Assembly: GCA_000934665.2 (NCBI GenBank)
Contig: KZ538659.1
Location: 1 to 55,697, forward strand
Source of the DNA: Catajapyx aquilonaris
Lineage: Eukaryota
Direction: 5' to 3'
Length of the DNA: 55,697 bases
The notes under the pieces were generated by a model. That model was not told the origin of the DNA, searched no databases, and saw nothing but the letters and a program-made list of their open reading frames with translations. Positions 13,801-26,962 of this stretch are shown in pieces. Position numbers and translations under genes: made by a program. Numbering within the stretch: position 1 is the stretch's first letter; each line of letters begins with the position of its first letter.

Positions 13801-15667
13801 GGGAGGAAATAAATTAATTACAAGTTTTAGAAACTCAATGCTCTGAGGGTTGGAGGCAGGGAGGGGTAAGGGGGGGAGGGGGAGAGAATTTTGAGCAGAA
13901 ACTTCCCTTTTTGTCGGTCGCTTTGTTGTCGCCCAGGATAAAAGACAAGGGATGGAAGTGGTTGAAAACACACAGGGATTCAGGGGGTTTCCTGGGAGAT
14001 TTCACTTGACTCAACCAGAGTACTGTACTCATTACGTACAGCACGATAGCTTAATTACTCTGCAAAGTACTGTACAGCATAAGAGGCTTGCACTGTATTT
14101 ATCCGGACTTAATTTATCAATACAATGGATCCGGCTTATACTTGCGGAATCTTTTGTGGCAAAATTTTTTTGCGGCTGACCCTATTTATATGAATACATT
14201 AAATCTTGGTCCAATTGTGAGTACTGCAATTATGGACTTTCAGCTACAGCAATTACAACCCCCCGAAATACGTCTTTGAAAAATACCTACTAAGAATAGA
14301 CCCTAATGCAATCCTATTTAGAAACCATTGTGCTCTGATCATTTTTGACTTTCAAGTTTGAATCCAAATTCAGTCTGCTTGCAAATTGTGTCATTTCCCC
14401 CCGATTATTCGGTATTATTACATTCCTCTCAGGGTAAGAGTTTTTACTGTTTCGACTGAAATTGAGTTGTATGGTGCGATAAAATTATATTTTTTTGCAG
14501 ACGTCTTTATATTTTGGCCTGGTTGCTTTTGTAACTTTCTTTATACAAGGGATTAGCTCAGTCACATTTTCATTTGCATGTGTCTGAAAAATGACAGTGA
14601 ATTTGCCATATATGTACAGTTTGCTGTATATGAATATACTGCCGGTGGTGAATACCATTAGATTCTCCGGATTAACCAGGATTTAACTGCAAATGCTTGG
14701 TCTCAAAAGAGATTAGTCCAGGTTTGACGCCGTAAACTTTGCATAGCATTATCTTAAGAACCCACAGGAACAAGTAGATATGCCTCGTATATATACCAAG
14801 GCTTACTTTATTGCAACTCGCTACTCCATGACATTTTCCCGAGGAAGAAAACCCTGGTTCCGACGAGTCTCTGTCCCAATTTTTGAGACATAATGAATGA
14901 CGTCTTGAAAGGAACGACATCAGACGAATGAAGTTTGTCAAGACTTTTTTCTTTAAAAGGAAGGCACTTCGCCCGTATCAGTACAGCCAAGGGCGAAACG
15001 CCCCCTGAATGCTTTTTATTATTGTAGCTGCTTTCATCATAACTGCAGAAAAGTCTGATTACTTCCAATTTGGCTGTTTTGGCCCGCTTGCCAGATGGAA
15101 CGGTTAGATAGACTGGACCGGGCTCAAATTTTTTTCATTTATTATTTTGATAAGCCATGTATAGGATTGGCCTAACCTTACTGCTGCACATGTTGCCTTA
15201 TTCATTATTGACAACAATGATGAACAAAGCTTTTTGTGCTATTTTTCGGCTTATAAATTTTTTCTGTAGCAGATGCACTTAATTTCGACCAATATTATGA
15301 TCCTTTTGAAAATCATTATTTTAAATCATTCTTATCGCAATTTTTTAAACCGTAGTTTGTTCACAATCCAATCATTTTTCATCCCTAAAGGGCTGAAGCT
15401 AACCATGATGGACGGTGATATGCAATAATGAGTCAACCCACATGTGAACCGTTTTGAGAAAATAGGGCTTTGAATGTCACACACTGTGAAATTAATAATA
15501 TTCAGTGTCATTTATGGGAGAAGTATGTAGATTTCTCCAGCATGATTTTAACTTAATGAAGTACATCCTTTGAGTATATATGTTCCTGGGCTTAACTCAA
15601 TTTTTGACATATTTTGTGGGTTGACACATTATTGCATAACACCGTCCCACTAGACTGTCCCTGACAG

Positions 15668-15793
15668 AGATGGTGGATCCTCCCTCTGCACACTACCGCC
15701 ACCCTGCGCGAGATAGTGGCACTACATACACATAGATGAGCGGATATGATGATTCACCCGGACAAACAGAGGCACAGACTCAAGCCAATTCTA
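15668..15793 (+). repeat. Dispersed repeat family R copy
   Basis: agatggtggatcctccctctgcacactaccgccac...gatgattcacccggacaaacagaggcacagac. Confidence 0.8.
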
Positions 15794-16542
15794 TGATTCC
15801 TAGCCACAGTCGGTTTCCGGTTTCCGCAGCTTATTGAAAGCACTCCGTCCTGTACGGTATATAAGTATATGGGCATGTTCCCCCCATTGACTCAATTCGT
15901 TTTGTATGGGAGGGTTAGTTCAAGGCTGGCACGTCCCAACCCTGCCCCACCACCGGTTCCTTTGAGGTCTTCCCCCCCTGGATTTTCTCCCGGATCCGTC
16001 CCCCCGGAAAAGGCACGGATTGTTCTCCCCCACCTACACCCCTTGTGTAACGAGGGGTACTGTTCCAGAATAATTCAATGCACCCGATGGCGGAAGGCGC
16101 GTAGCTCTCTCCGGCGCATTTTATCGCCGCAATCACAATATCGAGCCAGGCTTAGAAGAGAAGGACTATCAACCAAGCACCCCCCCCCCCCCTCAGAGAA
16201 TTTATCTGGAGTTGAAACGCTTCCAAGCGTCTTCCTGCAGTGTGTAGTTTATCTTTTCGGGTCCTCCGGAGCAGAAACAAACGATCCGTGTGACTCATAA
16301 CGTGATTATTGTCCGGAGAGCATGCCTTTGCCTAGCATACCCACCATACACTCAGTCCAATTTTCCAATACGAGTCTGGGGAAAGATTTAAGTGTCGCGA
16401 GGGATAAGGGAAGGGGGTAAAGGGGATTTACGGGTTTGAGGGAATGATGGATGCGCTGGGGAAATAGGGAGATGTGGGAGGGTTTAGAGCTGGAGAAGAA
16501 AAAAATATATATTCATTGCTTTTTGTCTCTTTTTCTACGCAG

Positions 16543-16662
16543 AGCCTTCCGCAGACTCCAAAGTCCAGCAAGAGCTTCAGCTGCATGTTCAATGGCGGAA
16601 GACCACCGGAGGCTAATGGAGGACTGGACAGCGTGGAAGAGACGCCTTCGGAGCCGGAGAAT
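16543..16662 (+). CDS. RASGEF1: RasGEF1-like coding exon, N-terminal (SLPQTPKSSKSFSCMFNGG...EPEN), phase 0-0, 120 nt
   Basis: Long pyrimidine tract ending ttttctacgcAG (16541-42) and a perfect donor GTAAGT at 16663. It is 40 codons long and in phase with the 43677 exon. PQTP...FSxMF resembles the N-terminus of vertebrate RASGEF1B as I recall it (MPQTPPFSAMF). Confidence 0.8.
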
Positions 16663-16848
16663 GTAAGTGAATGTTTCGAGCGGGTTGGCCTGTTTACACG
16701 AGACATGTGGTCACAATAAGGTGTTTCATAACTACGACACTGGTCGTAAATGTGCAAGCGAGAAAGAAGTTGGGAAGGAAATCGGTAGCTGGCGCACGCT
16801 TCTGAAATTCTATAGCAGCACGACATGACGGATGCTCGTGGCGGACTC

Positions 16849-17400
16849 GTTCCCAAATTTTGACAACACTGCTTGACCTACCCCCAACTTGGACGTAGTA
16901 CGATAGACCTCTACATGTTGACGCATATCTGCCGTCAGATATGAGAAGACCGTAACTCAATGTCCACTTCCCCTTGCGGCGAGAAAAAAAAGTAGTGGTA
17001 CCAAAAGCATCCAAGAGGTGTGGAGTTGGGGTGCCGTTCCTTTTTCCCCCTTCCTCCAACGCCACCTCTTGGATACTTTCGGTAACACTTGCTTTCTTTT
17101 CTCGCCGCAAGGGAAGTGAATATTGAGTTACGGTCTTCTCATATCTGACGGCAGATATGCTCTCCCTCTGCACACTACTGCCACTCTTAGGGGCGCAAGT
17201 ACTACATGCACGTTGGTGATCAGTCACCGCTCGGACAAAGCCCACCAGGGTGCTATAACCAGCGCCTGCATTGAAGTGGGTCCCATCCTCTCTGCCATCT
17301 AATCCACATCTAATTGTTGAACGGGGAAAGTGAAAACTAAGGTAACTACTGCCTATAGGCGATGAGTCAACTGGGACAAACGTGTGGACAGAGACAATCC
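16849..17400 (+). repeat. Dispersed repeat family R, long copy interrupted by a foldback MITE
   Basis: The 5' part gttcccaaattttgacaacactgc...cgtagtac resumes after the insertion as tctccctctgcacactactgccactc. Collinear with 54880-55292. Confidence 0.82.
16929..17154. mobile_element. 226-bp foldback MITE with ATAT flanks (possibly Sola1-type)
   Basis: ATAT|ctgccgtcagatatgagaagaccgtaactcaat...attgagttacggtcttctcatatctgacggcag|ATAT. Complementarity continues almost to the centre. The superfamily call is inference. Confidence 0.85.
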
Positions 17401-18267
17401 TCATGTCCTGTATACAGTAGCTTATTCCAGTAAAGTAACTGCTACTCAAGTGCTGGCTGTTAACCGCTCCGTTAATAAACGACAAGTTGCGGACACAATT
17501 TATTCCCTGCCGCCTTCTGTCGAGTGCGCGAAAAATAAATGAAGCCATTAACACGACAGTGCACGAAACCTGGCCTCGAAATGGCGCGTTTACACGAGAT
17601 ATTTTTCTCTGCTGATAGAAAAGGCTGTCATTTTTTGCGCTACAATATATTTATTATTATTTTTTCTCTCTCTCCTATACCCTTCCTCCATTGCTGTGCA
17701 TGCCTGCAATGATGGAAGCGAGTGAAGGGTAGGGTGCGCCTATTTCTGTCCAAATTTGGGCACATTCGGACAGATGACTCTCGTTCCTTTTCATCCGCAT
17801 TGTGACGGGCATGTTGACAGGAAGCATTGTAATCGTCGAATTTGTGTCGCACACCTTCCTGCCCCTCTTTTTCAGGCCGCGTCACAAGCGCGTCATGCCC
17901 TCTCTTTTTTTTGTGTCAACCTGTCGTGAAACCTGACTCCGAAAAAAAAGGAGTAGGAGGAAGCTTTCACAACCGGATTTCTCTCCGTTTTTCTCTCTCT
18001 TTCTCCGGAGGGAAATCACGGGAATTTGAATTGAAATGTACAAGACTCGCTTTAGTCATTTTGCAGACAAGTCGGGACTCATTTTAGGTTGCTCTGACGC
18101 TGTCTTCTTTTTAGCTAGTCAACTCCCGGATATGACGTGTACTCTGATGGGAGTATGGTAGGGGAGAAGTTGTCTAGTGGATAAGGAAAGGGATTCACCT
18201 GATTTCCTTGGTTGTTGCACGTGCTATCGTGGATTTTACCTATGGGAGCTCAGAAATCGTATCGATA

Positions 18268-18595
18268 CAGGGTGTTTCAACTTTTTTGTCCGAACAGTTA
18301 TCGGAAAATTGCACGTAGCTGCTACTTTGTAAGCAGTGACTTGCAACCGGTGATTTGTCTGGGGAATGGGGAAAAAGAGGGTCACACATCCCATGGCATG
18401 TGTGACCCTCTTTTTTCCAGGCTTGATCCTCAATTTCCAGCGGGAAGCATGTATGCCACTTCAACCTATACGATTAGCAAGGAATATTCCCCGTTCCTCC
18501 GAAAAATCAACGTTTGCAATAAGTCACTCCTTATAAAGTAGCAGCTACGTGCAATTTTTCGATAACTGTTCGGACAAAAAAGTTGAAACACCCTG
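18268..18595 (+). mobile_element. MITE family M1 copy 3
   Basis: TA|cagggtgtttcaac...gttgaaacaccctg|TA. Confidence 0.93.
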
Positions 18596-19669
18596 TATAT
18601 TGTCACAATCTTTACAATGTATTCAGACTAGAAAAATGCATGATTTGGCTCATTTTCAGCATTTTCATTGCTTAAAATAATGGTTAAAAAGGAAGCTAGT
18701 TTGGCACAATTTTTCTTTCGTGGATAGAACAATCGTCTGAAGAAGGAAGAAGTGAGAATAAATTATAAAGTATATTATAAAGTAAATTATAGTTGTATGA
18801 AATGGATCTTAATAAGTCGACATGTTGAATTGTCGTGTGTATCTGTGAGATAATTTGGAAATTATTCGCAATGGCTTCCCTGAAATGCCGGAATTTGCCG
18901 GAATTTCCTCTGGATTAACAGCTACGTAGGATTTGTTGTTGAACTTTTACTTCCATCACACTGGACATTTTTAGTCCGGATTCCCCCTGGACTTCCCTGG
19001 ACTGGAGAGTTGTAAACTGCTATCCGTATTCAGTCCTGTGTCACCGGGTTTTCGGTCAGGTCCCGTCGCGTAAATAAACTCTAATTGTCTGAAACAATGT
19101 AAATGACTTTAACCCGGGGACCGGTAATGAAATAACCAAGTTTAGAACCGCCGCATTACAGTGCTTTGTTGACGCAATCATGTGGCGAGAGTAAATGTTG
19201 GCAACCCCCTCCCCACCCCCACTGTTTAATTGAGTTTTAAATTGGTGTTTGGAGATGAGCAAACTTGGCGCCAGTTTGCATGCGAATCCTCCGGAGGGGT
19301 ATCCAACCTCCCAACCGGATTGCAACTGCATCAAACTTGCGGGGGTTTTGCTGGACATCCAGCCATGGATACACACAAAAGAGGAAGAGCCAGCAGAGAG
19401 AGAATTATAGCTTCATTCTTCCTCCGGATTGGCCCAAACCCCCTCCTTTTTTTCTCCTTCTTCATCCCCAGCCTTTTGTTGCAGGCTGCATTGTTGACCC
19501 GAATAATGGAGGGGCCGTTAGATGGCTCGTTGTTGGTTCGAGAGGTAAATCTCTCCGGATATCCAGTTCAAATTTTCTGCAAGTTTGCATCACACCCGGT
19601 TAAATGTTTAAGGCTCCAAAGGTATTCAGCAGGCGAATTTAATTTTATTAATATTAACCTAATGACACC

Positions 19670-20045
19670 ATGATAAACTAAACTAACTTGAGCCTAAAAT
19701 ACGTACTGTACTATAACATTTCAAAAATTATATTCAAAACTAAATCAAATTAAATGAATTAATTAAAATAAATGCGTAACAGATAAGGACAAGAAATAAT
19801 GTCAATAAGCAATAATAAACTAAATCATAACCCATAGTAATAGGCTGATATACCCTAATAGTAGGTCTACATAATAAATTAAATAATAGTGTAGTACATA
19901 ACCAATATTACCGTACAGTAAAAAATAGTTCATAATGAATTAACTAGTCATGAATTATAAATTAATAATTATACACAATAAATTAATAATTGCATACAAT
20001 AAATTAATTATTTTACATATAATGAACTAAATAAATAAATACAAA
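19670..20045. repeat. AT-rich low-complexity tract
   Basis: Very high A/T with a recurrent caataaattaat motif. Confidence 0.6.
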
Positions 20046-22154
20046 TTTCGGGGGGTGTCTAGGATGTTCCTGTTGCGCTTCATTCCGTCTTTTATTTCGT
20101 TTGTTCAATGAGCATTTCTAGTTATTTATATTATTTTAAAAAGTGTTCGCCATACTGTACCTGTACAGGAACAATATTCCCATTGTTTTAATGCCAAAAA
20201 AAAACTCAGAACTGTGCAGCAACGTTGCTATTTTAGGGCGAACCTGTTGTGCGTTGGAAAATTAACTGTTTGCTCAGGTGCTAGTTTCAGAGTTGAAAGC
20301 AAATCTCGAGCAAACAATTAAGGTCCCGAGATATTACTCAAGGGAGTGTCAGATATATTAACTATTTATTCGAGATTTTTAGGGGGAGGGGATATTTGAT
20401 TATGTTTATATTAGAAATTAGTCTGAAAAGTTTTGCTAACAAACTTTCCGCGAACCCTATTGTGCGAGGCGGAGCATATTGCTCAGACAGTAGCGGGTGA
20501 GTCATAGGATGCATTACAGGGCTTAAAATTAATAGGAGAATCAAGATGATGAGTTTGCAATATTAAAACTAGAAACTTTATAAGTATGTTCACTAGTTAT
20601 TATTGAAAAATTAATTTTATTTCTATAAAACCATTTTACAACAGGAGTTTTCCTTATTTCTTCTGATCCCTTAACATGTTCAATATTTTTCATGTTGATC
20701 ATTATCATCATCATTAAGCAATAAATGAAAATTAATTCGTTATGCAATAGGCCTACATGAATTTCAAGGAACATAAATGTCAAAGGATGAACGCACCTTT
20801 TACATCACACTGTACATCTTCCAGATTTTCCTCCTTTAAAGCAGTAAATCTTCATTACAAAGTTCCTCTAAAGCCTTGCGTGAACGAAAATTAGGGGTAA
20901 ATCTCCAACTATGCATTATATCCATAATACATCATCGGAGATTATCCTTTTGGGTCTTACAGCGTGTGTCGCTCTAATGTCCAGAGAATGTTCCCAAATT
21001 TATTTATTTTTGCAAAACTCGGAAATTACTTCAGGTTTCTCAAGAAAAGTAATGTGTCCGGGTTAAATACCTACCCCCGGATTTGGTCCACTTGATTTTC
21101 CAACCCTCATCTCGGCTGGATGCCTCAATCTGGAGAGCATTACCCCCCCTTTCGCCATTTCAAGCTGACAAGTGTGTCATCGGCACGTCTCCGGCTCCGC
21201 TACGACTCCAAATCTCAAGCTTTGATATTTCACACCTTCCTCGAGAGCCAATTAAAATCCGGGCGAAGGAAAGCACGTGGCTTCCGATTACCATTTTGGC
21301 CTCCAGCTCTATGCTTCTTGTTCACCCCTCCTTCTCAACCAAACCATTCCATCTTTTTGACTGTTATTCCCCCCCCCCCCCCCCCCCNNNNNNNNNNNNN
21401 NCCCCCTTCCCCCATCCTCCTTTGTGAACAAGCTCGACGTGCACCTGATTTCTCTAGGGATTTGGACCTCGGGGCTTGTCCTTCAAGCTTCAGATGCCTC
21501 CCGAGATTTACAAACACGTCGATTTCTTATCGACTTTGCCTTAGCTTCCTTCCCTATAGTCCAAAACCTTATTCGCAGAGAAAGGACTTTAAATAATGCA
21601 ATGCGCAGTTGTGTTGATGGCAACGACGCGACGTCTTCCTGGGTGGCTAATTGGAGGATCAGGGCGTTGACATTTGACCCAGTTTCAGGTCACACACTGT
21701 CCAGTTTGGTCCGGTTCACCCTACCCCTAATCGAATCGTACTTTAGAAAAAGAAAATACTGAATAATTTCCGTATTAAATTTAGGAGACATTACGCCAAC
21801 ATTGTGATATTATTTTATTGCGCATATTAGTTACTTGCTTTCTTGATAGCAAGTAATGGTCCGATGGGTGTCCCCTGGCTGGAAACATCCTGCTCATCAA
21901 GCAACCAGGCGAACAAGAGAGGCTTACGTGTTGCGTTGCTATGTCAGGATACAGCCTTTCTGTTGACACTGTCAGAGTCGAGAAGCCTGCGTGTCATTCT
22001 AATTGGGCCGTCAAACTCATTTCATGCCGTATTAGCAGGCTCTAAGTGTGTACATGGTGTTTCGTAATGATCTAGGCAAACTTGAGGGGCAATGATGAGA
22101 AATGTGGAGCATTGTTGCTAAAATAATCAAAAATAATCTCTTACAGTTCTGGTC

Positions 22155-22260
22155 ATTAATGGTGTCGTACTGGTGGCGCCTAGAGCCGATGGCGGCAAAA
22201 GAGTGAATCAAATTCGCTGATTTGCCGCCAGTGCGGCGCCACCAGTATGGCACCATTAAT
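22155..22260. repeat. 106-bp hairpin / mini inverted-repeat element flanked by TTAA
   Basis: attaatggtgtcgtactggtggcgcc / ggcgccaccagtatggcaccattaat (24 of 26 complementary), plus an inner stem tggcggcaaa / tttgccgcca. Confidence 0.75.
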
Positions 22261-22940
22261 ATCCAGAACAGTACCAGTAGGCAGGATACATCTACGACAT
22301 TTCCATCGCCTCAACCAGTGAGTTGCGATCATAATTTATTTTTAAATATTGTACACTAGTGGCGTAAAAAATGCGGGTGTTGATGTGTCAACATTAATTG
22401 CGTAGATTTTTTTTGTGTGGGTTGGGAGGTGGGGGATAGGAATGGTGACGTTTTAATGGCGAAGGCACATTGTGGCGCCGCCATGCAAGGAAATTGCGCC
22501 TAGAATGGCGTTACTCTGTATTTACGTTTGACATTTATGGGGAGGAACGTGTGCTTGCGGACATCTATTATTCATGGTGGCCTCTCCTCCCCCTTCCCTC
22601 CCACCCACCGGTTTCAGGGTGTGGGAGGGCTATTGTGCCTTGGGGTCAACTTGTGTTTGGATACTTCCATCCATCTAATACATGGCGCTGGTAATTTTCT
22701 CCCTCCCTCTCTGGCCCTACCCGCCCACCAAATATTCAATAACACGCTTGGGATAACGCTCGTCATGCACATTACGCCCGCTCTTTTAGCGACTGCGTGA
22801 TGACGTTTTAAGTCAACGTGTGTGTGCAAACGTGTCACTGAAGTGACACCTAACCTGATGAAGCACCTACTCGCTTTATGTTCATTGCCCAACTGAGAAC
22901 GTGCAGACTGGTCACTCTAGCACAGGCTACAGAGTCACTC

Positions 22941-23071
22941 TTTGTCCTCTCAGCTGGGCGCATGTAGTACAACTAAACCCTCGCACGACCCTGAGAGTGG
23001 CAGAAGCGTCCACAGAGGGAGGATGCGCCATCTATGTGAGCAATATTGTACTACGAGGGGAGTTTTGGCAA
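22941..23071 (-). repeat. Dispersed repeat family R copy
   Basis: gcatgtagtac...cgcacgaccctgagagtggcag...cagagggaggatgcgccatctatgtgagcaatattgtactacg...ttttggcaa. Confidence 0.82.
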
Positions 23072-25712
23072 GGTGTTATTTTTTTCTCTCTAACAACAGA
23101 GGGAAGATATCCGTAGGCTCTGGCTTGCCCTCTAAGACATGGGCTTGCTAGAATTTGTCCAAATGGTTCATTGTTTTTGGGGTCTGCAGGCTTCTGAGGG
23201 TTAATCAATTTAATTAGTAATGAACAACGGTAATGACTAATGAAAATAATGGATTTTCTTGCTCCAAATACGACTCCATTTTTTACCACCTGGATTCTGG
23301 CGTAATAAATTATCGGGGTCGGTTCTCCCATCGGAACAGAGCGTGATACCTTTGAGCAGGTCCGGATTTGCTGATATTTCGCAATCCGGATTTTGAGTCG
23401 AACCCCCAGCAGCAGATTGCGACACTTGTCGCTGCTAGAAATGAACAAAACACGTTTGGACTCCGAAAAAAAAAAATCGCAGTTTTCTCCGTCCGTCCGA
23501 TTGAAATCTGCGAGCCCAGGTTGGGCGACAAGTTCAAAATGGGTCCCATTCATCACCCAGCTTTCGGTCGCCCCACCTCCACCTCCCAAAAACGTGGGTT
23601 CCGGTTCATTAATTCACCTTTTTCCGGACCTAGCAACGTTTTTTTTTCGGTCGGATAAAAAAATACAGGGTGAGGCCCCCCGCCGGAAAATTGATCTGTT
23701 TACGCGACCGGTAAACAAAAAGCTGCTGACCCCCAGGTCACACCCAGCAGGTGCCCCATAACTCAGTGCATATAACCTTTCTCTGAACTCTATGCTTACC
23801 CCCACCCCCCTCTCTCCCAATCAATAAAGTGCCTCCCCCACTGTACAAAGTCAGGGGCATAATGAGCTATTCCGCACATTGTGCATAACAGCACATACCC
23901 CCCCCCCCCCNGTACTTTTCATTCTTTCGCAATCCCCCACCACCCACCCACCTTCGCCCAAAAGCCACAGTGTATGAATTATTAGTCATTTTAGGGTGGG
24001 CACAAAGGGGTACAGTAGCCCTCATTCACGGTGCCTGTGGCAGGGGTTATATATTTTTGGGCCTCTTTTTCTGGACTAATATGTGTAACTATGGCCAGAG
24101 TATGATGGGAGGAATTTTTTGGGAGGATTCATCTAGCTGCAGGTACTGGATGAGCAAAGTTTTTTTTTCCTCCTAAAAATAATATAGCTGGATTTGATAT
24201 TAGGTCTGACATTGTGCCGGAGCATGTCCGGCCAGATTATTTCACGGTTTTATAGGGTGAGTCAGAACTATGGATAGTACCAGTACAATACAAAATGTTA
24301 AGGAGGATGAACAAACGCAGCCCTGAGTTACATTAATTGTCATTACCGGTTGTGTCACTACATTTTTTTTTTGAAGATTTATATTGGTCTGATATATTGC
24401 TTGAATTGCCTGCAGTTATGCCTCACCCTGTATTGTATCTCGGCAATGCGTTTTGGGGCAAAAAGGGGATTGTATTTCGGAGGGGGTTGGCCTGCGGCCT
24501 GCAAATCCTGACACTCATCGACTTATCGGTTTTGCAAAAACACGTCATGGTTTCGACTTCAATAATCCGCGGCTGCAAATACTGATTCTGACTGGCTGTA
24601 ATCTGACTCAATTAAAAAATATTTTGCGGGCTATTTTTTTTTTGGGGGGGGGGGGGGGGGTGGGGCACACNGGGGGTCGACATGCAGTTCCGTCCCTGGC
24701 GTGTGTTGTGCGGCAGTGCATTCCTCTCTAGAGCATGACCAACAAGCGATGCACTTAAATGTAATAACTCCTAGGTGGATTCGGCCTTTGATGTGTTTAC
24801 TAAACCATGTAACTCTATCAGTCAAAGAGTGTATGTACATTGACGCTGCATCAAATTACATGAAGTTACTGCAATGCTTCAGTCACCAGATGCTGCCACG
24901 TAACACGATGCTTTAAATTGCATGTCTTGATCAAATTTATTGAGCGTTTTATTCAAACAGCTAGATGCAGTTTTTGTTACCAGCTCTAGCCCTGCAGCAT
25001 AATCCTCCATGATGCATGGCTGCAAAATATTTAATTTTCGCCCGGGTTTATTCGCTGGCTAAAACATGAACGGTGCTGGGGACACGTAACCTCCGTGGCC
25101 GAGTTCCATGTTTGTGAGGTAGGAGTGAGGGTGTGGGGTAGGGGGGGGGGGAGTCCATATAATGTATTCAGCAGCCAAAGTGCTTCTGTGGGCCTGATCG
25201 AACTGACATGATTTAATTTGTTCCCAAGCGAGAAAATAATCCCGGGGCTTGCATCCAGTCGGAAGCGAGCACTGCTTTCAATGTTTCATATCGGCTGGGT
25301 TGCTGGTGCAGGGGGGCGAAAGGGATGCTGCAGAGTCAGAGAGAGAAAAAGGCTTGTTGCTGGTGGGCTGGCGCCAATTGTTTTATCAAGTGACCAAAGT
25401 GAGACGAATGAAAGCCCGGAATATTTTTGGGAGGGAATGTATGTAGAGAGCGGAAGGTGGGCATAATAATAATGGAGGGGGAGATCGATTGGGTAAAATG
25501 CCAATGGAAGGAATTTTGCCATTTTCAGTGCCAAAATTTTGGAGGTAAAATTTGGCAACACTGCCCAGCCCGCCCACCACTTGGACGTATAGGCAGCGAC
25601 CCTTCGAAAATGCACGTATGGCACCTCCCACTTTTCATACATGCATGCTTCAAAGAGAGAGTGAGGGCACACTGGCATAGGAAATATTACTCAGGGGCTA
25701 GGTGACAAGTAG

Positions 25713-25775
25713 TGCACACTACTGCCGCTCTCAGGAGAAAAGTAGTACTACATGCACGTAGGTGATGAGTCATCG
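25713..25775 (+). repeat. Dispersed repeat family R fragment (5' piece at about 25547-25590)
   Basis: tgcacactactgccgctctcaggagaaaagtagtactacatgcacgtaggtgatgagtca. Confidence 0.78.
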
Positions 25776-26962
25776 TCTATCCTACGACATTTGCTGTGTT
25801 TTGACTTTCGTATTAATTTATTTCGTATTCTGTACATTATCTACTGTTAGGGTGTGCAACTTTTCATCTTTTAATTGTTGCGCTGATTCGGCCGAATGCA
25901 ACTCGGCGAGAGACCCTGGGGATGCCATGATCCGAAAATAAACGGGTCCCCAGTCTAATCACTTCTTGGCCGCCGGAAGTGCAGGCAAAAGCGGAAAGGG
26001 ATGGAGACTTTTATGTGCAGCCCCGGCAATTATCTCAACAAATTGTAGGACCCCCCACCCACCCCCCCACCCGACCCACCCCACCCTTTTCCTTTCCTTC
26101 CTTTCCACCTTGCTCCAGCCAGATAACTCGCGAGCAGGAATCTCAAATGAGGCGGATTTTGCACCCAAGCGGAATGAATAAATAAACCTGCGCGCCTTTT
26201 GTCCGAAAAAAGGAACTTGTTACTTCGCACCGGAGGAAAAGAGAATCGATCTTGATCGAGGCACACCCCCCAAATGTGGCCGAATTTACAAGAACGGCCC
26301 ATTTACATAACAATCGAGAGAAAAATGCTTTAGTTCACCAACAGTACAGAGTAAGTCATCCATGGGTGACCGCGCGTGTGTCTATATATAGTGATCCTTT
26401 GAATAACCTAGAATGTTCTGACTCACCCTGTTTGTTTAGGGTAGACCTTTGCGTGAGGTCACTCCCAGCTTGAGGTAAAATACCTTTTTCATTATGTTGT
26501 TTGCTAATTGCTTTGGAAATTATGGTTGCATAAATCCGGATTACCCGTGTTATTGTCCACATAGATGCGGCCTGTAATTCGGCGGGGAGGAATTTAGCAA
26601 ACGACAATAAGCGCTTAACCCGCACTCCGCCACAGTGTTTTTAGGCATTTTTTGGTGCTTATTATTCGGGTGTACAGGATGGGTACAAAAGTAGGTATAG
26701 GGTGTGACACAGTCCTGCTCAAGTTACAGTACCCACATCCTAACTTCTCTATGGTTAAACCATACACGGTAGGGTTTCAAAATAGCTTTTCTTTTGTACT
26801 GCACTGTACCAACAGATCTGATTGGTGGAGCAGAAGCGCCCCCACCCTCTGCTCCACCAATAAGATCACTTAGGGTGTCTGGTGTGGAGTGGAGGGGGAG
26901 AGGTCGACTAATCCCTTTTTTTGAGAAGTCATGCTGTGGGCACTGTATTAGATCTTCATGTA

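Noticed and set aside
16694..17554. Longest ORF in the track (286 aa, minus strand)
   Set aside because: It runs through a foldback MITE and a family R copy, has no recognisable domain or transposase motif, and is antisense within an intron.
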